DNA from: Octopus sinensis
Lineage: Eukaryota
NCBI RefSeq assembly: GCF_006345805.1
Contig: NC_043015.1
Span: 4,836,001-4,900,000 of the forward strand
Reading direction: 5' to 3'
Length of the DNA stretch: 64,000 nt
In this document: in pieces, positions 13,279 through 26,050 of the stretch
Layout: the number at the start of each line of letters is the position of its first letter
How positions within the stretch are numbered: the first letter of the stretch is position 1
Notes under the pieces: generated by a model
The model's database searches: none
What the model saw: the letters and a program-made list of their open reading frames with translations, nothing else
What the model was told of the DNA's origin: nothing
Program-made: the position numbers and the translations under genes

Positions 13279-13329
13279 TTTGCCAAAATATTTTCGTCGT
13301 TTTGAGACAGCAAACTGTTCACTGACAAA
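13279..13329 (-). ncRNA. Minimal type I hammerhead ribozyme candidate with G3-C8 swapped core
   Basis: Minus strand: TTTGTCA-GTGAACA-GTTTG..CGAC-GAAA-ATAT-T-T-TGGCAAA. Stem I is 7 bp (one G-U), stem II is short and bulged, stem III is the palindrome AATATT, H17=U. Confidence 0.65.
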
Positions 13330-13354
13330 ATTCCGTCGTGTTGCATCACGGAAT

Positions 13355-13405
13355 TTTGTCCGTGAAAAGTTCGCAGTCTTAAAGTGACGAAAATATTTTG
13401 GGAAA
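13355..13405 (+). ncRNA. Decayed mirror copy of the G3-C8 hammerhead
   Basis: TTTGTCC-GTGAAAA-GTTCGC..GTGAC-GAAA-ATAT-T-T-TGGGAAA; C8 is changed to A and stem I has two mismatches. Confidence 0.45.
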
Positions 13406-13686
13406 TTAAAATCTAAGTGTTGAAGTGAATCTAACGGTCATTGTGTTTTTCTTAAATAGCTTATAAACACCTTCCACGATGCAATTGTTTTCGCTCCAGC
13501 ACACGATCTGAGATCAGGTCACTTGCTATACGAGAATTTATTATTAATCACGACAATTGTTTCGATGTATGTATTTATATGTGTGAGTGGGGGTTGCGGG
13601 TACATGCACAGATATATCACAGACGTGTTTTCATTGAAGCGCAGTTGTATTTTATGGATGTCGCTATCTGACATTTGCACTCAAAT

Positions 13687-13745
<59 letters not shown>

Positions 13746-13772
13746 TTCGTCTTCTTCTTATTATTATTACTA

Positions 13773-13813
<41 letters not shown>

Positions 13814-13815
13814 TT
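13687..13815. repeat. (ACT)n followed by (ATT)n
   Basis: Direct reading. Confidence 0.95.
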
Positions 13816-13817
13816 AT

Positions 13818-14035
13818 TCTTTTCGGTGTTTCAGTCATTTGAATGCGGCTATGCTGGAGCACTACCTTGACGGGGTTTAGTCAAATAAGTATACCGCATA
13901 CTTACCTTTTAAGACTAGTACTTTATTTACCGTCTCTTTTAGGGAACCACTAATTATCATGGACGTAACATGCCAACACCCAGTTGTCAAGCACTGCTGG
14001 GGGTACAAACAGACACAAATACACACACACACTCA
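13818..14035 (-). mobile_element. Old 3' half of SINE family A
   Basis: GTTTCAGTCATTTGAATGCGGCTATGCTGGAGCAC...GTTGTCAAGCA...GGGGGTACAAACAGACAC. Confidence 0.7.
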
Positions 14036-14316
14036 TACACGTAGTTAGTGTGATCTTAATGTGTCCACTTCTGAAGAGAACTGAATAATCATGCTGTCCA
14101 TCTTTGACTACCTTGTTATTGCTTACGTTTCAGTCAGTACACAGTTAGAGGAAATCACATATCTCCTTTCACGTTTGATGTTAAAATGGTTCCTAATATT
14201 TTAGGACGTTGATCGATAGAGTTTAGTTTATTTAAATTGACATTTATGATTGCAATATTCATAAATTCACTCATCAAACAAACACCATTATATTCTTTAG
14301 ATAGCATACTTTAGAG

Positions 14317-14552
14317 CAGTGATCCTCAAACATGTCATTGCTTGTGGTCAAGTTCGATTCCAATTATATTCCGAGAAGTATGTCCCTCATAGCCACTCGA
14401 TGTCTAAAGTCTCCTATTTTTATAACTGAATGCTATTAGGAATTGAATGCAAAAATGTTTAAATATTATTTGTAAAAATATAATCAGTTTAGTGCATATA
14501 AGAGATAATAAAATATTTTACATGGAGCAGAAAGGGCGGTATCGAAACACTG
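14317..14552. mobile_element. Old hAT/Charlie-like MITE
   Basis: Ends CAGTGATCCTCAAAC ... TCGAAACACTG, flanked by 8-bp CTTTAGAG / CTTTAAAC (6/8 identity; resembles the Charlie NTCTAGAN target). Confidence 0.45.
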
Positions 14553-16098
14553 CTTTAAACCACATTTATATTAGTGACACAGTGATATAATTACAAGCTT
14601 AAATCTATTTATTAGAATTATAAGATGAGCATCAGAATAAAAATCGATTAAAATATTTCAATGCGATTTCGTCAGAACTGATATGAAATGCCAACGGAAA
14701 AAAAGAAATATTTTTATTTTTAACATGGAAATAATTGTGCACTAGTCACGAGCCCTCTTGATTCTACGTAAATGTACTAACAGCTAGGGTAAATTAAATT
14801 GCTCCTAAAGAAATCAACATCATAAAATATAATAAAGTTAAAACAAAACCTATTTTGTCATCTCAGTTTTAATGAGTATTCGCTTTGAAAGTGCACTAAA
14901 CACACTCTCGCATTAATTGTCATTACACCCTACTCAATTATTCAGTCAATAAATTTATAGTTTTTATTGCTGTTGACATTTTTTTACTATTATAGATTTA
15001 AAATTATTACTATATTTTTTCTGTTCACCTGTCGCTGCAGTGATAACGATCAATATGAAGGTGTGCATATTGTTATGAAAATGCAGAACTAAATAGTTTG
15101 TTAATTATTAGGTTAAATATCAAATTGTATTATATTCATAAAATTTGCTGAAAATACAACACAAAACAAACAAATATATTTTCATAGAGTACATTTGCAC
15201 TTTCTACCTAACCCAGATATTCATCTACGATACCAAGTTAAATACGACAGCAACGGATCCATAATATATGTGGCTGTGTGTAAGGGTCTCTTGTTGTTAG
15301 TATGCACGTGTGCTATTTGGCAATTTATCAGATTTAAATCGTTGAAATCATAACGATTACGGCAGAGGAACGGTAAACCGTGCTTCACAATGCTTTAATA
15401 TTCATTGCACTTTGCTGTTGAGATATTTCGATCCGTAGATTATCATATCAATATTTTTTTTCGAATTCTGTCATTACTCAACAATCAATATATTTTATGG
15501 TATGTTACCTAAATCAGATGTTGAATGGCAATTATTTACCCAGTTCAAATTTTCCTATTCTATAGATTACAAAGCAAAAAGAAATGAAACAGAAAAAAAA
15601 ACAGAAAAAAACAGAGATTCTCAGGCGACAGTAATCAGATACAGAAAAAATCTCCCCTTAGTTTAAACGCAACTTGCATTATTTTTACTACACATTGTAG
15701 AATGTGTAAAAAAAGTTCTTAGTATGATATTCGTCTGAGAACTATGATACATGAAGAGGAAGTAATGAGATATAACAAAGGAATAATATATGACCAGCAG
15801 GAATATATATATATATCAAAAGGGAGAGGGAGAGGGAGGGACAGAGAGTGAGAGAGACGGACTCTACAAATTCTGTTTGACATTAATCTGTCAAAATGTG
15901 ATGCTAAAATTAATAGGATGATATAAATATGATAACGAACACAAAGAAATTATTTCAAAGCAAGACCAGTTCAATACAGATAGACAATGACGCACACAAC
16001 CATGAAGATATATATATGTGTGTGTGATGTGTGTGTGTCTATGCGTGTGGGGATGTGCATAGTTTTACACATATATGCACACACACATTTTCTCACAT

Positions 16099-16137
<39 letters not shown>

Positions 16138-17114
16138 CATTGGTATAGAAAATGCATACACGTTTGGAGACACACAGACTCTCATGTACTTCTATGCTAC
16201 ATGAATAGATGAACATGTGTACACGTCTATATGTATGTGTTATATTACATGTGTTTGCGTGTGTGTCTGCTCTGAGTATAATCTTCAGCAACTAGAGTAG
16301 TTTCACTCCTATATATTGTCAATATTTCACTTACTATACTCTTCTCACCACACATTGTCTACACGCTGTAATCTTTTGTTTCTGTCTTCTTTGTTATGGC
16401 TCTTGGTTTTATGAATGAGAATAAATTGTTTCTAGCGTCCCACAGAACCTCTCAGCAACAGAAATGTGTTCTGATTCTAATTTTCCTTACTGCTTTCATT
16501 TATATATCTTAATTAAGGTTTTTATCTTGAAGAATTTACGCTTCAATTTAAGCTTATTTTCTTTAGCCTAAGCGATAAACACCGGAAAATACCGGACGAA
16601 TAAAAGACACTTCGTATAGAATAACTTTAATATATAGAGGGATATTATGCAAGCTCAAGTGCTGAGATTATTTTAATCTTTGCTCCGAGTTCCCAAAATA
16701 TTATTTCACATAAACATGACAACCTCTGTATTTAGTCGTGTAGGCATCCCTATACAAATTGTATTATAAAAAGGGTGTTTGGGAGAATTGTTAATGTGAG
16801 AGATAAAACGTATTTTGCGCATTTTAGGTCGTAGTTCTCCACTTAGTTTCCGAGACTATGAACTTTGAGACAAGTATCATCAGCTGATAACTTGCCTATT
16901 TTGTTGAAAATCGCAAAATTCAGAAAATCTTCCGCAGGCTGGTGACACATGCTATTCATGATCAAATATAGGCTAAATGGTAATCAACAAGAATGAATGC
17001 TGTCATCATTTTACTTAAGAATTCTAAATCTGAGAATTAACGGTGATCAATGAAGAAGCATGCAGAATGCATAATTCTTTTACCAATGGTCATCAGCCAC
17101 ATGTTTCCATAAAT

Positions 17115-17445
17115 AAAGCTGAGCAATTGGTTACTCTCTTTCCGAAAACAAAGCCAATAATGTTTCATTCTTCTTTAGGAAAATCTGAAATTTCTTATTA
17201 ACATTGGCTTAATGATTCTTCCGAGGCGCAACAAAATGAAATATTATCCCAGATCATCTGGCATATGTTGAATTGTGTTTTTCACATCAACATCTTCGCA
17301 CTTCGTATATAATATACTAGACTATCCAATGTTATCATACAGAAAGCTGCGCAACACACTTATTTCTTTTCCAAAACAAATACTATAATGTTTCACTCTA
17401 CTTTAGGAAACTCTGAAATATGTTATTAATATTGTCCTAACTATG
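17115..17445. repeat. Diverged direct repeat, about 100-bp homology at 228-bp spacing
   Basis: AAAGCTGAGCAA...TAATGTTTCATTCTTCTTTAGGAAAATCTGAAAT vs AAAGCTGCGCAA...TAATGTTTCACTCTACTTTAGGAAACTCTGAAAT. Confidence 0.7.
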
Positions 17446-18373
17446 TGTGACATGGAGGAAATGTTATTCGGATATTTCTATGTCACAAAAATCGATGAAA
17501 GCCTTCTACTATTGACCAGCCATTTTCCTCAAGTTTTTCATATCCTAATGCACCATTTAGTTTGAGACTACAACAGAGACATTAGAGTAATGACGTAGGC
17601 AGAGTATTAGCTCTGTCCGATAACTATCATATATTCACTTGAAGCATTGATTATTCGAATTTCTCTTTTACTTTTTGCTTGCATATGACGGTCGACATAT
17701 TCTAAGGTACTTTTCGGTAAGATCTTTTGTGTGCATCACGTTTAAGAGATATGGCGTTTAGGGGTGTTCTGTTGGAGAGACCCAGCAAAAGTCTGTATTT
17801 ATAAGTATATAAACATTTCCTTGGCTTTTCTGTAATCAGATCAGCACTGATCAATTATACATACATCAAAAAATCCTTTCTAGCCGTTTAAACAATATTA
17901 TCGTTTGTGGTCCTTCACTATCAATGTATTAGTCATATGTTTAGAAGTGCAGAGTGTGTGGTTTAGAGAATATTTCATTGTTATATTTAGTAGGTCGAGG
18001 GATTGCTCATAAGATTGCATCGGTTTACTTACTGAAAGTGCCTATGAGTCAAAGGTTATATTTGTGTGAATCTAAGTAAAGTGTGGAAATATATACACAG
18101 GATCTAAATAGTAAGCAATGGAAATTTCAAGAACACCCCCTTTGAATATTTGACAGGAAATAGGTATCTCTTCTAATCTGTATTTCAATTCCCTCTTTAG
18201 TACATCTCATAAATATAGAGTATGCTATTAAAGTAATTCATCTGTTACCCACGAGCTACAAAGTCGCAGTCATAAGGATTAATAAGTGAATTATATGTTG
18301 CCTCCAGTAATTCATATTTATGAACTGAACATTCTCCAATACATGTGTGTTTGTGTGTGTGTGTGTGTGTGAA

Positions 18374-18410
<37 letters not shown>

Positions 18411-18421
<11 letters not shown>

Positions 18422-18761
18422 CGTGTGTATGTGTGTGTGTGTGTGTGCATGTAAGCGAGAATATATGTGTATGTGTATATTCTACGAAATAAAAATAATC
18501 CTGTCAATTTCTAGATATAAGTATAATAAAGTGCACAAAATATATTCAGGTTTACTCTCTCACTACATACATTCTATCATTCATCCACACTGATTAATTT
18601 ACACTTACACACCAACACATGCGCGCGCACAACTCACAGACAAACTCCCACGCACAAGCACATACACAAACACACCCACATATGTATATGTGCATCTATG
18701 TTTCTGTAATGACTGTGTGTGTGTGTATATATATATATATACATATACACAGAGTGAGAAT

Positions 18762-18817
<56 letters not shown>

Positions 18818-19347
18818 ATATGTATATATTTACACTCATGTGTGTATATACACACATGTGTTATTCACACACATAGACAAACTCTGGCCATTAAGTGGTG
18901 CACTTTGTCTTACAGCCGAGCAATCTTTAAAACGGCCTCCAGTTCACTCAGCCGAAATTTTTACCTGCCTTCTGCTATTACAAATCGACTTCCCTAGATA
19001 CTCCCATGACTGAACCGTATGTAGAAGCTTGCACTATGTACGAAGGATATGTTGTTTGGAACGTGTGTAACGTATGACGTTTTCGGTATTTTTACTATCA
19101 TGAAATCCTCCGGTTTAAGATACACAGAACTATGGCCGGCCAGATGAGATTAATCACGTTAAAAATTGACTTTATACGACCAAGGTGATTGCAGATATAC
19201 CCCTGATATAAAAATTGATGTTTGAAACACATCTGCATGAAATTGGTTACGTCAGTAGTCATGATGTTTGAATCTTGCAAGCATTACAAAGCAAACATAT
19301 TGATGTATACACATATATATACATAAGTGCGTGTGTGTGTGTGTATG

Positions 19348-19421
<74 letters not shown>

Positions 19422-19981
19422 GTGCGTGTGTACGTGTGTGTCTCAGTATATATATAAATTAGGGCGCCGGAATATCATTTGCTAGACATAGGAGTTAAAC
19501 ACCCCAAAGCCACAAAAATCTGACGATTAAGAAACACGAACTGTGAATCTAACGAATCTAATAAAAATAGGCATTAAATAGCATAAACCACAAAGCAAGA
19601 ACATATAACTTGCTATCAATTGATTTCCTCTTTTTCACGGTTTAATCCAATGATTATTTTGAAAAATAGATGAACAAAGTAAGCTTGGATATCGAACCTT
19701 AGAGTAATAGCGTACAATGTATCAAGTCAACTGATACCAAGATATCTGTTCTTGCTTTCTGGTTTCAACAAGGCAGCGACTGTTTTCTACTATATTCTTT
19801 CCTTTCACTCAACGTGAGTGTCTCTTAAAAACGAAGAAACCTGTGGCTTTGGAGTGTTAACTCTTTTGTCTAGCAAATGACACACCGATGGCCTAATTTA
19901 TTTATACCTGTTTACCAGTATTAGTTTAACTTGCTGTCCACTTTGATATTATTGTTACGTAAATAATGTTTATATACTATA

Positions 19982-20027
<46 letters not shown>

Positions 20028-20380
20028 ATATGTGTGTGTGTGCGTGTGTATGTGTGTGTGTGTGTGTGCATGTAAGCGAGAATATATGTGTATGTGTATA
20101 TTCTACGAAATAAAAATAATCCTGTCAATTTCTAGATATAAGTATAATAAAGTGCACAAAATATATTCAGGTTTACTCTCTCACTACATACATTCTATCA
20201 TTCATCCACACTGATTAATTTACACTTACACACCAACACATGCGCGCGCACAACTCACAGACAAACTCCCACGCACAAGCACATACACAAACACACCCAC
20301 ATATGTATATGTGCATCTATGTTTCTGTAATGACTGTGTGTGTGTGTATATATATATATACATATACACAGAGTGAGAAT

Positions 20381-20450
<70 letters not shown>

Positions 20451-20982
20451 ATATGTATATATTTACACTCATGTGTGTATATACACACATGTGTTATTCA
20501 CACACATAGACAAACTCTGGCCATTAAGTGGTGCACTTTGTCTTACAGCCGAGCAATCTTTAAAACGGCCTCCAGTTCACTCAGCCGAAATTTTTACCTG
20601 CCTTCTGCTATTACAAATCGACTTCCCTAGATACTCCCATGACTGAACCGTATGTAGAAGCTTGCACTATGTACGAAGGATATGTTGTTTGGAACGTGTG
20701 TAACGTATGACGTTTTCGGTATTTTTACTATCATGAAATCCTCCGGTTTAAGATACACAGAACTATGGCCGGCCAGATGAGATTAATCACGTTAAAAATT
20801 GACTTTATACGACCAAGGTGATTGCAGATATACCCCTGATATAAAAATTGATGTTTGAAACACATCTGCATGAAATTGGTTACGTCAGTAGTCATGATGT
20901 TTGAATCTTGCAAGCATTACAAAGCAAACATATTGATGTATACACATATATATACATAAGTACGTGTGTGTGTGTGTATGTT

Positions 20983-21046
<64 letters not shown>

Positions 21047-21615
21047 GTGCGTGTGTACGTGTGTGTCTCAGTATATATATAAATTAGGGCGCCGGAATAT
21101 CATTTGCTAGACATAGGAGTTAAACACCCCAAAGCCACAAAAATCTGACGATTAAGAAACACGAACTGTGAATCTAACGAATCTAATAAAAATAGGCATT
21201 AAATAGCATAAACCACAAAGCAAGAACATATAACTTGCTATCAATTGATTTCCTCTTTTTCACGGTTTAATCCAATGATTATTTTGAAAAATAGATGAAC
21301 AAAGTAAGCTTGGATATCGAACCTTAGAGTAATAGCGTACAATGTATCAAGTCAACTGATACCAAGATATCTGTTCTTGCTTTCTGGTTTCAACAAGGCA
21401 GCGACTGTTTTCTACTATATTCTTTCCTTTCACTCAACGTGAGTGTCTCTTAAAAACGAAGAAACCTGTGGCTTTGGAGTGTTAACTCTTTTGTCTAGCA
21501 AATGACACACCGATGGCCTAATTTATTTATACCTGTTTACCAGTATTAGTTTAACTTGCTGTCCACTTTGATATTATTGTTACGTAAATAATGTTTATAT
21601 ACTATATATATGTAT
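18411..21615. repeat. Near-identical tandem duplication, about 1.62-kb unit, bounded by (TA)n
   Basis: 18421 aligns with 20042 and 19966 with 21591; identical ORFs appear twice in the ORF track. Confidence 0.95.
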
Positions 21616-21619
21616 ATAT

Positions 21620-21702
<83 letters not shown>

Positions 21703-22461
21703 TATACATATATAAAATATGCACAAAATGTACATATGAAAAATATAGATATAGAAAAAATATATACATATCAATATACATATATAAAATAATCCTAAAA
21801 TATACATATATGAGACATGCATTTTACAAATATATATATATACGTGTGTGTGTATATATATGTATATATATACACACAAACACATACTTACAAAATATAC
21901 TTATATATGGTAAACTTACTTTGTGAGTACTTGTTTGCATATGATTGTAAATATAAGTGCTTCGTTCATTTTTCCTGGATTTACTTTGTGTGACCTCTTA
22001 TATTAAGTTGAAACGGTAAATCTGTTGTTAGCGTTTTCTGAGGAAGTTTCCAAGCCATAAATGCTTGAGTAGGGGAAAGAGCTTCCTGCACATTTATCAT
22101 GCATGCTTTTAGGAAAATATATTTTTGCTTCATTCTTTAGATTTTAACATTTTATCAGCAGTTCACTATGTTAATAGTTTACTGCATACAGAGTGCTACA
22201 TTCTATTTACTACATGAAAATATATGCAAACTTACTCTCGACACAGAATGTAGGATAAATTTATCTACACGTCTATAAGTATAGCATCTTTTATTGTATT
22301 TAAATTTATGGAAAATTCTGTAGGTATTTCTACACATTCTGCAGCATCTGAGGCAAAGGTGCATACACCGATGCTATGATAATTTAATATTAGTATGTAG
22401 ATACACACATGCATACAAACATATATACATATATACATAAATACGTGCATACATACATTAC

Positions 22462-22519
<58 letters not shown>

Positions 22520-23310
22520 ATGTATATGTACGTATATATATATTTAAGTATGCTCTTGTGATCTGGTATTTTATTAGATATAAATAGGATCTCACAAGTT
22601 CCTTTGCATTTTCAGTGAAGCTTGTTAGAGAAACTGCCACAAACTGTCTCCATTAACGTAATTAAATTGTTTCATGGAGGTCGAAACATTTTTTTCCAAA
22701 ACATTTCAATGTGAAAGCTTACTTAATATTTATAACAATAAATACAACTTCAACAGGGAACTCAAATTCAATTACGATATCGTAATATGACGTACGCTTT
22801 GCGTACATTAATATACGTACATTAAATATACTTAGGTGTACCGTACTATTCACACGTTTTAGTATCATGACATCTTCGAAATTTCGCACAAAAATATTTC
22901 AGGTGCATATTTAACAATTGCTCATTTATGTTTATTTCATGGGTTATTTTAGTATACACCTAATGATGTTCAAGAGATGGTTACCGTTAATTGTGAGAAA
23001 ACACACTTCATAGAGTACATTAGTAAGGCGTTAGGACAAAATTAGTCCTAATGCATTCAAGCAATACGCAGTAAATTCTTGGAAACATAGAAGGTAAACA
23101 GGATAATAATAATAAAAATAAGGATTGAAAATGTTTGACACAATGCCAGCAATTTTGGAGGAGAAGGCAAGGTCTTTACTTAGACCATGAAATTCAGCTG
23201 CTACTTTTTGTATCGTCTCCGAAAAAGCGAGAGACAAACTCGGATACGGCGAAATTTGAGCTCAGAACATGAAGTCGGACACGGTGCTTGAAATCTGGAG
23301 GGAGAGGACA

Positions 23311-23463
23311 ATTCGACCACATTGACCCCAGTGTCTTACCGGTACTTAATTTCTCGGTCCCTGAAAGGATTAAAGGCAAAGTCGAACTCGCCGGAATTCG
23401 AACTCACAACATGAAGACGGACGAAATGTTGGTAAGCATTCTACATGGCGTGCTAATGAATCT
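23311..23463 (-). mobile_element. Decayed SINE family B fragment
   Basis: GACCCCAGTG...GGTACTTAATTT...GAAAGGATTAAAGGCAAAGTCGA...CGAACTCACAAC matches the copy at 54870-55097. Confidence 0.75.
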
Positions 23464-24344
23464 ATGTTGACAATGACGAGGATGATGACGACGACGACGA
23501 TGTGGACGATGATGATGGTGATTATGCAGTGATAATTGTGATAATTAACTTCAGCATTTGGGCAGAAGGCTAGCGAGTTTCTTGGGGAGGGTACATTAAT
23601 AGCATGCACCTCGTTGATATACTAGTACTTACTTTATGTGGTGGAGTTAAACTCAGAACATATAAGATGCGGAACAGATGATGTTAATTATTCTGTCTGT
23701 CACGTTAATAATAATGTCTAGTCATTGTCTTAATAATTATGATGATGAATATGGTATTGATGATAATGATGATGAAGTGGATGAAGACGTGGAAGGAGAG
23801 GAAGAGGAAGGGGTAGACGAAGAGGGTGAGGATGAAGAGGATAGGAGGATGAGGAAAAGGAAGTGGCAGAGGTGGAAGAAGAAAACGAGAAAATAGAGGA
23901 AGAAGAAGAAAACGAGAAAATAGAGGAAGAAGAAGAAATGGATATCGCGAAGAGTTAAATCCCTTTGTGGAAGCGTACGTAGGAGAAACTATATTCATTA
24001 CCCTTCTCTGGGATTGTAGTGTCGAAACCGATCTATTTACGCAAAGGGACCAGATATTGTGGTAAAACTTCATATTGATTAAACGATTTTCCGCCTTAGA
24101 CTTGTTATCTCATATCATGTGTCACCTTCTCTGAAGAAAAATTTTAATTAAATAAATACAAAAATGAAGTTAAACATATAGAAAAGCTTTGAAATAAGCT
24201 CACAAACATGATGTATGCCATATAACATAGACGCAAACTGGGGTCGTCCAAGCTTTGTGGGGAATTCCAGTTGGCACCTTTGAAGCCCATTGCTCAATAT
24301 CTAGAAGCCCAAAGGTAACAGAACTGCTGACAATACTCAGGATT

Positions 24345-24446
24345 ATTGTGATAAAATCGAATAAGAAATACCCGGGTTACTATGCGTCTTCATAGGAATG
24401 AAGACGCATAGTAACCCGGGTATTTCTTATTCGATTTTATCACAAT
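24345..24446. repeat. Perfect 49-bp inverted repeat with 4-nt loop (AGGA)
   Basis: 24345-24393 is the exact reverse complement of 24398-24446. Confidence 0.97.
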
Positions 24447-24589
24447 CATAGCAGAAAAATACATCTTGGAATCTGGTCTCAGTTCACTACAAAATAACAC
24501 TGCTAATCATATTCTAAATATCACCTACAGTAAAATTTCCAACCTGCTGTTACTTGAGAGGGTGTGAATTAGAATAGATCGTATAAAAC

Positions 24590-24828
<239 letters not shown>

Positions 24829-25224
24829 GGTACAAGCATAATGGATACAGAAATTTAGTAATTTACTTGGCAGGCTTAGGTTTGCCTTAATGCCGGAATG
24901 ATACTAAATTAGATGATCGGAAGGAAGGCATTTCTCATTAAGAAAGATAAAAAATAGGGGTAATACATCTAGCAACTGAAGTCCAATCATTTGCTTACCA
25001 TTAGCGTGGAAGCGGTCAAGAGGAATGATTTGAGAAAGCATTTACGAGCATCTTGAGAAACAGAATTTACTGCCAGAAGATCAGAAATGTTGCAAGAAGG
25101 AGGCTATTGGAATGTATGATATATGATATATAGAAAGTAAGCACTTCTAAATGAAGTAAAAGCTAGATGGAAAAATCTAACAATAGCACGGATAAAATAT
25201 AGAAACGCTTATGTCATGATCCCA

Positions 25225-26050
25225 CACTCGTGGCAAAGTGAAAGCTTGAATATATTCAGTATAGTACACAGCATTAGAGAATTAACTGGCTTTAATATGA
25301 AGAAATGGAAGGTAGAGCTATACTAAGGCGACACATTCTTAGGGAAAGTTACCATCAAAACAGGAATTTTCCAGTGGTCTCGTTGTCGCATTTCATATTT
25401 GTCTTATGGTTGATCCTCCTCATCTTTATAGCCACTCGTGGCTAAGTGAAAGCTTGAATATATTCAGTATAGTACACAGCATTAGAGAATTAACTGGCTT
25501 TAATATGAAGAAATGGAAGGTAGAGCTATACTAAGGCGACACATTCTTAGGGAAAGTTACCATCAAAACAGGAATTTTCCAGTGGTCTCGTTGTCGCATT
25601 TAATATTTGTCTTATGGTTGATCCTCCTCATCTTTATAGCCACTCGTGGCTAGGTGAAAGCTTGAATATATTCAGTATAGCACACAGCATTAGAGAATTA
25701 ACTGGCTTTAATATGATTAAATGGAAGGTAGAGCTATACTAAGGCGACACATTCTTAGGGAAAGTTACCATCAAAAGAGGAATTTTCCAGTGGTCTCGTT
25801 GTCGCATTTAATATTTGTCTTATGGCTGATCCTCCTCATCTTTATAGCCACTCGTGGCTAGGTGAAAGCTTGAATATATTCAGTATAGCACACAGCATTA
25901 GAGAATTAACTGGCTTTAATATGAAGAAATGGAAGGTAGAGCTATACTAAGGCGACACATTCTTAGGGAAAGTTACCATCAAAAGAGGAATTTTCCAGTG
26001 GTCTCGTTGTCGCATTTAATATTTGTCTTATGGTTGATCCTCCTCATCTT
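25225..26050 (+). repeat. Four tandem copies of a 208-bp piece of the Dong RT gene
   Basis: CACTCGTGG starts at 25225, 25433, 25641 and 25849. Confidence 0.97.

Larger units (their letters stand above)
13195..13491. mobile_element. Palindromic (foldback) element with about 142-bp arms and an 11-nt loop, probably Penelope-like pLTR-derived
   Basis: 13195-13336 is the diverged reverse complement of 13348-13491, e.g. GACAAAATTCCGT/ACGGAATTTTGTC and GTGGAGGGTGTTTACAAGCTATTTAA/TTAAATAGCTTATAAACACCTTCCAC. Each arm holds a hammerhead-like motif. Confidence 0.85.

Noticed and set aside
14389-14400. ATAGCCACTCG match to the 208-bp array junction
   Set aside because: An 11-nt match with no flanking homology; plausibly chance.
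16830-16890. Hammerhead-like CTGATGA...GAAA on the minus strand
   Set aside because: Stem II does not pair, H17 is G and stem I is out of register.
17760-18140. GGGGTGTTC/GAACACCCC as transposon TIRs
   Set aside because: Only 9 bp, not clearly extendable and no TSD.
23678-23896. Acidic/basic low-complexity ORF
   Set aside because: Built from GAT/GAG/AAG simple repeats; no splice or domain support.
25225-26050. CRISPR-like or other repeat-spacer array
   Set aside because: Units are contiguous 208-bp copies of RT sequence with no unique spacers, in a eukaryotic context.
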